Shown: in pieces, positions 57,222 to 64,000 of the stretch | How the letters are laid out: each line of letters starts with the position of its first letter | Numbering within the stretch: position 1 is the first letter of the stretch | Made by a program: the position numbers and the translations under genes | The notes under the pieces: model-generated | Told to the model about the DNA's origin: nothing | Database searches by the model: none | Seen by the model: only the letters and a program-made list of their open reading frames with translations | Assembly: GCA_964611095.1 (NCBI GenBank) | Contig: CAZSWJ010000003.1 | Span: 17,796 to 81,795 of the forward strand | Length of the DNA stretch: 64,000 nt | Direction: 5' to 3' | DNA from: an uncultured Candidatus Peribacteria bacterium | GTDB lineage: Bacteria > Patescibacteriota > Gracilibacteria > Peribacterales > Peribacteraceae

Positions 57222-58435
57222 CCGGGATCCACCACGACCACCGCCTGGTGATTCGGCTGCAGATGATTGTGGTAACCCCATGTTCCCACTTTGTTGAACA
57301 GGAACGTGAACGTGGCACCCGAGCTGCTGGCCGCGCGCGCGTTGAACTCCGGATAATCGGTGTGATACGGATGCGGGTTGCTGGCGACCCAGAGGCCGAG
57401 GCCCGATTGGTTCTTGAAGTTCACGCGGTCGCCCTGGCGGATGTAGATGACCGTGGGCTGGAAACCCGTGTTCGTGTACGTCGCGTTGAAGGTGAGACCG
57501 GCACGCGCCGAGCTGCTGGACCTGCTGGAACTGCTCGATGACGAACGCCTGGATGATGAACTGCTCGACGAGGATGACGACGCGGGACACTGACGGATGA
57601 GCCAGCCGCAACGACCGTCGGGGAGCTTTTCGCACGACGGTCCGCCGATGGATCCGTCGGGGCACTGCCAGTTGGGGTAACCCGGAGGCGGATTGCCGCA
57701 CTGACCGAGGTTGCACTGACCGCCGCTCGAGGACGACGAGGACGTGGAAGACGAGCTGCTCGTGGAACGGTACGACGATGACGTGGACGAGGTTCCGCGA
57801 CCGCCCGGCGTGCCGTAGAAATTTCGCGCGGCGATCATCATCTTCACGACTTCGGCGCGGTTGACCATGGCGTTCGGACGGAAGCGACCCGTGGCGCGAC
57901 CCGACGCGTCTTTGTCACCCGTCACGATGCCGTCGTACTCGAGCGACTCGATGGCCGAAGCGTAGAGCGAACTCGCCGCGACGTCGGTGAAGATGCGGCC
58001 CGTGGCGGTGACGCGCGGAACGTGGAACGCATCGGCGATGATGGACGCCACCTCGGCGCGGCTGGCCGGCCAATCGAAGTTGATGTTGCTCTGATGACTG
58101 AATTCAAAATTCTCACCGAGCGCGATGCTCAGATATTTCGCCGCCCAGTGTCCGTAGCCTTGGCCCAGGTTCTCATCGAATCCGGCGCCCTTGATGCCGA
58201 TCTTGAGCGCCTCGCCGATGGTCACTTCGTTCTGCGGACCGAAGAGTCCCGTCGGTCGGCCTTGAGCGTCGTTGTATCCGGACACGACGCCGAGCCTCAC
58301 GGCCTCCTCCACGGAATCGTAGTACCACGCGCCGGGCTGCACGTCTCTGAACGTTGCGAGCACGGTCATGGACTGTGCCGCGAGCGGCACGAGCATGGAG
58401 AGCAGTACGAAGGGAGCGGAGCGGCGGAGTTGCAT
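57218..58435 (-). CDS. SLH-domain surface protein with Ser-rich linkers, a Cys-containing module and a C-terminal cupredoxin-like domain
   Basis: Signal peptide, three SLH repeats, [23 protein letters not shown], and a C-terminus ([13 protein letters not shown]...GTWGYHNHL) paralogous to 32401..32766. Confidence 0.8.
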
Positions 58436-58505
58436 GGCCGAATCCTACAGCACAACGCTTCGTCGCAGCTTCTTGCGAAAAAGAACATGTAGGATGTGAT
58501 AATAG

Positions 58506-58534
58506 TTGACGAAGACTGATCACTGAACTGATAT
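58506..58534 (+). promoter_or_regulatory. sigma70-like promoter (TTGACG-17-TGATAT), ATG 6 nt downstream (near-leaderless)
   Basis: Read directly from the sequence. Confidence 0.4.
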
Positions 58535-58540
58535 GGGGCC

Positions 58541-59053
58541 ATGGAAAGCAGATACGGAGCCTGGCAGACGAACACGCATGCGGTGCTGCGGGAAGTGCAA
58601 CGACTGACCCGCCCGGAGAACATCGCGAGCGCGTGCGAGATCCGACTGCAAGGCATCCGTGAAGTGATACGAACGGCAAAGCGAAGCGTCCTCAGTTCCT
58701 TGTTCCGATTTTTACGACAGAAGGATGCGACGATGGCGACAGCCTACGTGGACTGGATCATCGACATCGGCGCCGATTCCAAGAGCCGGCTGCCGAATGT
58801 CACCCTGGAAGATGAGCTCTATAAAGAGTGGGTCATTCGACAGGGTGGACCTTTTACGGGCGAGCAACTGGATCTGCTGGGTCGCGTCAGCATCGAGCGA
58901 CGGAAAATCCTGGAGATCGTGGAGCTTTTCAACGATTTGATGGTCAGCAGACGATGGGATGATTTTCCGGACATGCTCGATGAACATTGCATGAAGGGTG
59001 ACGTGACCGTGGAAGACAGAGAACTCCGGATCCCCCACGAAAGCGATCATTGA
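58541..59053 (+). CDS. hypothetical protein (170 aa)
   Basis: ORF with ordinary composition; no family recognised. Confidence 0.5.
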   Translation: MESRYGAWQTNTHAVLREVQRLTRPENIASACEIRLQGIREVIRTAKRSVLSSLFRFLRQKDATMATAYVDWIIDIGADSKSRLPNVTLEDELYKEWVIRQGGPFTGEQLDLLGRVSIERRKILEIVELFNDLMVSRRWDDFPDMLDEHCMKGDVTVEDRELRIPHESDH

Positions 59054-59087
59054 CAAGAAAAAACGATTCTTGGATAGTGCCGCGCCC

Positions 59088-59543
59088 ATGCGCTCTCCTT
59101 TGGTCCACACCGGCACGTTCGAAGAGCTTGTACGGAATGCGCTCGATGAATCAACGCCCGTGGTTTTGGAAGGAAGCGATGCGGAAGAAGAACTGTCTCT
59201 GCTCCGGCGCCTGGAACGGATCAACGCGTCGGTCGTTTCGAATCTCACGACATGCATCGCCACGGCATTCCGCGGAGACGTGTCGACGTTCTCGAACGAT
59301 CTCACCGCCGCAGCGACGGTGAAAGACGATGTCGCGGCCGCGGCCTACGTCCGGGGATTCGAGGAAGGTGCGGACGCGGAAAGGACGAGGTCGCTCACGA
59401 GCATCGGATACGTGCGTCATCGTCTGACGCTCGTGCTCGGAGTCATCGCGCAGTTGGAAGAAAGTGACGTTTGGCATGACATACATCCGTGGCTGCATCA
59501 GGATTTCACCATCGAATTCACGGGGTCGGCAGAAGATTATTGA
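59088..59543 (+). CDS. hypothetical acidic protein (151 aa)
   Basis: First ATG in the ORF whose track start (59070) is TTG. No family recognised. Confidence 0.5.
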   Translation: MRSPLVHTGTFEELVRNALDESTPVVLEGSDAEEELSLLRRLERINASVVSNLTTCIATAFRGDVSTFSNDLTAAATVKDDVAAAAYVRGFEEGADAERTRSLTSIGYVRHRLTLVLGVIAQLEESDVWHDIHPWLHQDFTIEFTGSAEDY

Positions 59544-59635
59544 GCCCTTCCCAGACTGGACAACACGCTTTCCGACCTGTAAACTCCTTCGGCTATGGTT
59601 GAGTATTCAACCATGTTGTTTCCGTTTCTTCCGAT

Positions 59636-62593
59636 ATGGATTTCATCAAGGTCAGAGGCGCCAGGATGCACAATCTCAAGAATATCGACGTCGATATTCC
59701 CAAGCATTCGCTGACGGTGATCACGGGCCTCTCCGGCTCGGGAAAATCGTCGCTCGCCTTCGACACGATTTTCGCCGAAGGACAGCGCCGTTACGCCGAA
59801 TCTCTCTCGGCCTACGCGAGACAATTCATTTCGCAGATGGAAAAGCCGGAGGTCGACAGCATCGAAGGGCTTTCCCCGGCCATTTCCATTGATCAAAAAA
59901 CTGCGCCAAGAAACCCCCGCTCCACCGTCGGAACGGTCACCGAAATTTACGACTACATGCGTCTTCTGTGGGCCAAGGTCGGACAGGTCCACTGCCCCAT
60001 CACGGGAAAGCCCCTCAGCAAGCAGTCGCCCAGCCAGATCACGGACATGATCACGCGCATGCCCGAGGGCCGAAAAATCATGCTCCTCTCGCCGCAGATC
60101 ATCGGACGCAAAGGTGCGCACCAGAAAGTTTTGGACACCATCAAGCGCGAAGGTTTCGTCCGCATGCGCGTCGACGGACAAATCGTGACCGCCGATGAAG
60201 ATCTGCAACTGGACCCCAAGAAGAGCCACGACATCGAAATCGTCGTGGACCGCATGGTGGTGCGCGATTTCGAACCCGTGACGGAGAAACTCAGCGACGG
60301 CACGAGCGTGGAACAGCCCAACCCGAACCGCGTGCGTCTCGCGGACAGCGTGGAACTCGCGCTCAAGAAAGGAGAAGGAATGCTCTTCGTCCTCGACGCC
60401 GACTCCGGCGAACTCACGAAGTTCAGCGACCGGTTCGTGAACCCCGACTACCCCGAGATGAGCATTCCGGAAATCGAACCGCGCAGCTTCTCGTTCAACT
60501 CGCCGCACGGCGCATGTCCGCACTGCCACGGCATCGGAAGCATTCTGCAGATCGACGCCGCAAGCATCGTCCCGAACCACGATCTCACGGTCGCCGAAGG
60601 CGCCATTCATCCGTGGGCCACGTCCGCCGGACGCATGAGCTTCATGCTCCAGACGCTCACGGCACTCGCCAAGAAACTCAAGTTCTCGCTCGATCTCCCG
60701 TGGAAGGACCTCACGCCCGAGGCGCAGAAAATCGTGCTCTACGGCCACGCCGAAAAAGTGGACGTGGACTTCCTCACCGAGAAATTCGACGGTCACTACC
60801 AGACGACGTACGAAGGAGTGATCCCCAACCTCGAACGCCGCCACAAAGAAACGGACAGCGCCTACACGCGCTCGCAGATCGAGGCCTACATGTTCGAGCT
60901 CCCCTGCCCGGAATGCCACGGCAAGCGCCTGCGCAAAGAGATTCTGGGCGTCACCGTGAGCGGCAAGAACATCGTGGACGGAACGGAAATGAGCGTGGTG
61001 ACTGCGAGGAAGTTTTTCGAGAGCTTGATTCCGGAAAAAAGCGGAGAGCGGGTAGCGGGTAGCGGGGAAAAATCAGTGACAAAGAAAAAGGAAGCGCTAC
61101 CCGCCAACCGCCAACCGCTATCCGCTTACGAATACACCATCGTCCGGAAAGTGATCTCGGAAATCATCTCGCGCCTCAACTTCTTGGAGAACGTGGGTCT
61201 CAAGTACCTCACGCTCAACCGCTCGGCCGCGACTCTCTCGGGAGGCGAAGCGCAGCGCATTCGTCTCGCCACACAGATCGGTTCGGCACTCGAAGGCGTG
61301 CTCTACGTGCTCGATGAACCGAGCATCGGTCTGCATCAGCGCGACAACACCAAGCTCATTAAAACGATGACGAACCTCCGCGACATCGGCAACACCGTCA
61401 TCGTCGTGGAGCATGATCAGGAAACCATCGAGTCCGCCGACTGGCTGCTCGAAATCGGTCCCGGCGCCGGCAAACACGGCGGCGAAGTGGTGGCCCAAGG
61501 TACGCCCAAGGAACTCATCGGCAACGCCAAGTCCGTCACGGGCCAGTACCTCTCGGGCAAGAAGAAAATCGACGTGCCGAAGAGGCGCCGCACGGGCAAC
61601 GGCAATTTCGTGGAGATCACGGGTGCCACGCACCACAACCTCAAGGACGTGCAGGCCAAGTTCCCGCTGGGATGTCTCATCGGCATCACGGGCGTCTCGG
61701 GCTCGGGCAAATCCAGCTTGATCCACGGCATTCTCGCTCCCGAACTTTTGCGTACGCTCAACAAGGCGCATGCCAAAGGCCAGGACTTCAAGGAGATCAA
61801 GGGGCTGGGTCACTTGGACAAAGCCATCGTCATCGACCAGTCCCCCATCGGACGCACGCCCCGGAGCAACCCCGCAACGTACACGGGCATCTTCACGGAA
61901 GTGCGCGACGTGTTCGCCATGACCCCCGAAGCCAAGACCCGCGGCTACAAGCCCGGCCGCTTCAGCTTCAACGTCTCGGGCGGACGCTGTGAGGACTGCG
62001 AAGGCGACGGACTCAAGCGCATCGAAATGCACTTCCTCCCCGACGTGTACGTGACGTGCGAGACGTGCCGCGGCCAGCGCTACAACCGCGAAACGCTCGA
62101 GGTGACGTACAAGGGAAAGACCATCGCCGACGCGCTCAACATGACCATCACCGAAGGACTCGATTTCTTCGCCGCCTTCCCGTCCATCAAGAACAAGTTG
62201 CAGACCTTGAGCGACGTGGGACTCGGCTACATCCACTTGGGCCAGAGCGCCACGACCCTCTCCGGAGGCGAGGCGCAGCGCATCAAGCTCGCGACGGAAC
62301 TCACGAAGCGCGCCACCGGCAAGACGTTCTACATTCTCGATGAACCTACGACGGGCCTGCACTTCGATGACATCCAGCGCCTGCTCGACGTTCTCCAGAG
62401 ACTCGTGGAAAAAGGAAACACCGTGCTCGTCATCGAGCACAACCTCGACGTCGTGAAGTCCGTGGACCACGTCATCGACATCGGTCCGGACGGCGGCGAC
62501 GAAGGCGGCCGCATCATCGCGGTGGGCACGCCCGAGGACGTGGCGGAGGTGAAAGAGAGCTACACCGGACAGTATCTGAAGAAGATGCTGTAG
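59636..62593 (+). CDS. uvrA: excinuclease ABC subunit A
   Basis: [14 protein letters not shown], Zn modules CPHCHG / CPECHG / CEDCEG..CETCRG, two LSGGEAQRI signatures, [10 protein letters not shown]. Confidence 0.97.
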   Translation: MDFIKVRGARMHNLKNIDVDIPKHSLTVITGLSGSGKSSLAFDTIFAEGQRRYAESLSAYARQFISQMEKPEVDSIEGLSPAISIDQKTAPRNPRSTVGTVTEIYDYMRLLWAKVGQVHCPITGKPLSKQSPSQITDMITRMPEGRKIMLLSPQIIGRKGAHQKVLDTIKREGFVRMRVDGQIVTADEDLQLDPKKSHDIEIVVDRMVVRDFEPVTEKLSDGTSVEQPNPNRVRLADSVELALKKGEGMLFVLDADSGELTKFSDRFVNPDYPEMSIPEIEPRSFSFNSPHGACPHCHGIGSILQIDAASIVPNHDLTVAEGAIHPWATSAGRMSFMLQTLTALAKKLKFSLDLPWKDLTPEAQKIVLYGHAEKVDVDFLTEKFDGHYQTTYEGVIPNLERRHKETDSAYTRSQIEAYMFELPCPECHGKRLRKEILGVTVSGKNIVDGTEMSVVTARKFFESLIPEKSGERVAGSGEKSVTKKKEALPANRQPLSAYEYTIVRKVISEIISRLNFLENVGLKYLTLNRSAATLSGGEAQRIRLATQIGSALEGVLYVLDEPSIGLHQRDNTKLIKTMTNLRDIGNTVIVVEHDQETIESADWLLEIGPGAGKHGGEVVAQGTPKELIGNAKSVTGQYLSGKKKIDVPKRRRTGNGNFVEITGATHHNLKDVQAKFPLGCLIGITGVSGSGKSSLIHGILAPELLRTLNKAHAKGQDFKEIKGLGHLDKAIVIDQSPIGRTPRSNPATYTGIFTEVRDVFAMTPEAKTRGYKPGRFSFNVSGGRCEDCEGDGLKRIEMHFLPDVYVTCETCRGQRYNRETLEVTYKGKTIADALNMTITEGLDFFAAFPSIKNKLQTLSDVGLGYIHLGQSATTLSGGEAQRIKLATELTKRATGKTFYILDEPTTGLHFDDIQRLLDVLQRLVEKGNTVLVIEHNLDVVKSVDHVIDIGPDGGDEGGRIIAVGTPEDVAEVKESYTGQYLKKML
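61040..61127. repeat. heptamer-array palindromic element inserted in frame inside uvrA
   Basis: AGCGGAGAGCGGGTAGCGGGTAGCGGGG - aaaaatcagtgacaaagaaaaaggaa - GCGCTACCCGCCAACCGCCAACCGCTATCCGCT. Translates as [30 protein letters not shown]. Confidence 0.7.
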
Positions 62594-62596
62594 AAA

Positions 62597-62675
62597 GGAA
62601 TCCAAAGAAACCCACGAAACCAAAGAAACCAAGGATTCGTTGGTTTCCTTGGTTTCTTTGGTTGCCTTGGCTTCC
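62597..62675. repeat. nonamer-array palindromic element, copy B
   Basis: GGAATCCAAAGAAACCCACGAAACCAAAGAAACCAA - ggattcg - TTGGTTTCCTTGGTTTCTTTGGTTGCCTTGGCTTCC. Starts 4 nt after the uvrA stop. Confidence 0.85.
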
Positions 62676-62766
62676 TCCCTGAAACATTCATAACATTGCA
62701 GAAATCATTTTTTATGATATCGTCACCCACAATTTCTCCATCTTCTACTACTTCTACCTCTTCTTT

Positions 62767-63831
62767 ATGAAACGTCTGACGCTTGCGGTTTCCGCCGCAC
62801 TCCTTCTTTCCCCGCTCGTCGCAGCAGCCGCTGCCATGACGCCGGGAGAGCTTTTCACGCAGCTCCAAGAGAGCGGCAGCCCCCGCAGTTTCTCCGTGAC
62901 GGTTCACGGCGAGAGCCAGGGCACCTACGTCTCCGTCTGGGCGAACGGCGTCCAGCAAGGCATGAGCCCCGATGACATGACGATATCCACCAAGGCCACC
63001 GTCGACATCGTTCAGGGTGACATGAAAGTCCGCCTCAAGGGTGAGGTGATGGTCGTGGACGGCATGGTCTACGTCAAAGTCACGAACTTCAACGCATCGG
63101 TCATGAACGCATTCGCTGCGTTCACGGCGGTCGCCAACCAGAAGCAGTGGTTCGGCATGCCTCTCGATATGGCCATGATCAAGGACATCACCGGACCCGT
63201 CGCGATGAACTTGGGTTCCGTCGATGCTTCGCAGGCCGACAGCATGTTCACGATGCAGTCCGTCGGCACCAAGTCCGGTACGAACTACACGCTCCACCTC
63301 AGCCCCGACTACGCTCCGGAACTCGCACTCATGATCCGTGAGCTCCTCCAGGACACGCAGCCCGCCAGCACGGACTTCTTCCCGTGGCGCGAACTCGCCG
63401 AGGGCATGCACTTCGAAATGAACCTCGCCACCGACACGAAAGGTGCTTTCGTCTCCAGCAACTACACGATGAGCATGGACGGACGCTTCTCCGAGTTCAC
63501 CGCCGACGGCAAGGAAACGGCCCTCAAGACGCCCCTCACGATCAAGGCTCCGACGGATGCCGTGACGATCGAGGATCTCATGAAGACCTGGAGCGAACTC
63601 AGCGGCGATCTTCCGCAGGACACGATGGAGGAAGACATGCCCGTGGTCGTTCCGGCCGAGCCGACCGATGACACGATGACGGACTGGACGACCGAGATCG
63701 AGTGGTCCGAGCCGAGTGCCGAGTGCACCGACCCCGAGACGTCACCGCTTCGTCTTTTGACGCTCCAGCGCACGGGCGAGTGCCCCGTGGACAAGGTCCC
63801 GACGCGCTACGAAAAGCCGTCACGCCGTTAA
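62767..63831 (+). CDS. hypothetical secreted protein
   Basis: MKRLTLAVSAALLLSPLVAAAAA signal peptide, acidic C-terminal third. No family recognised. Confidence 0.6.
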   Translation: MKRLTLAVSAALLLSPLVAAAAAMTPGELFTQLQESGSPRSFSVTVHGESQGTYVSVWANGVQQGMSPDDMTISTKATVDIVQGDMKVRLKGEVMVVDGMVYVKVTNFNASVMNAFAAFTAVANQKQWFGMPLDMAMIKDITGPVAMNLGSVDASQADSMFTMQSVGTKSGTNYTLHLSPDYAPELALMIRELLQDTQPASTDFFPWRELAEGMHFEMNLATDTKGAFVSSNYTMSMDGRFSEFTADGKETALKTPLTIKAPTDAVTIEDLMKTWSELSGDLPQDTMEEDMPVVVPAEPTDDTMTDWTTEIEWSEPSAECTDPETSPLRLLTLQRTGECPVDKVPTRYEKPSRR

Positions 63832-63845
63832 TCGATTCAAACAAG

Positions 63846-63877
63846 AAACCGAGGTCTCACACGGCCTCGGTTTTTTT
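63846..63877 (+). terminator. rho-independent terminator
   Basis: AAACCGAGG-tctcacacgg-CCTCGGTTT followed by TTTT. Confidence 0.8.
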
Positions 63878-63962
63878 GTGTCCACCGGAAGGGTGTCATG
63901 ACGGCTCCGAAGGTTCGTCATAGAATGGAACTGATACACTCTTTCCACTCACCCCCTTCCGC

Positions 63963-64000
63963 ATGGTTCTCATCAACGACAATTCCAAGGCGCTCAAGAT
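63963..64000 (+). CDS. possible 5' end of an unidentified CDS (MVLINDNSKALK...) running off the window
   Basis: The ATG is preceded by the CU-rich leader style (ctctttccactcacccccttccgc) seen before other genes here. Only 12 codons are visible. Confidence 0.25.
   Translation, partial: MVLINDNSKALK

Noticed and set aside
59537-62632. Long minus-strand ORFs 59537..60919 and 61118..62632
   Set aside because: They are antisense to uvrA, Arg/Gly/Asp/His-rich, with no recognisable domains. Shadow ORFs.

Overview
GC-rich bacterial chromosomal segment, densely packed with housekeeping genes. It has no rRNA and no CRISPR array, and taxonomy cannot be assigned from this window. (1) Left edge (1-4803): a visibly AT-richer integrated element next to the 3' end of tRNA-Gln. 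It carries a phage TerL fragment, a large serine recombinase, a membrane protein and a tightly linked ThsB-like TIR + SLATT(DUF4231) pair. This pair is my best candidate for an uncharacterised Thoeris-like defence module. (2) Core genes: msrA, fused trpE-G, H+-PPase, MscS-like channel, PolX+MarR, purM, ftsE, rlmE, rsmG, pyrE, pheS, UDG4, purE, rnhB, tal, gnd, clpB, uvrA, three GT-C/PMT-like glycosyltransferases and two SLH-domain wall proteins. (3) A 13-kb minus-strand supraoperon (51271->38162) encodes the complete shikimate pathway with two gene fusions, then chorismate mutase, tyrA, pheA, an aromatic aminotransferase and ribE-ribH-(SLH gene)-ribBA. (4) Two leader-peptide candidates below the ORF-track size cut-off. 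A 20-codon ORF with tandem Trp codons sits upstream of trpE-G and has a promoter, alternative pairings and a terminator. A 34-codon ORF ending FAAFAFAYFFFA sits upstream of the aro operon. (5) Two families of about 80-bp palindromic elements built from inverted arrays of short tandem units (7-mer GGGTAGC type; 9-mer CCAAGGAAA type). One 7-mer copy is inserted in frame in uvrA. (6) Three of the four tRNA genes (Ala, Arg-GCG, Arg-UCG) are each preceded by an exact orphan copy of their own 5' part, broken at the same D-loop position. The Arg-GCG locus also carries two tandem 5'-truncated tRNA-like copies, one with a 42-nt hairpin insert. Most long ORFs in the track that lie antisense to these genes are high-GC shadow ORFs.
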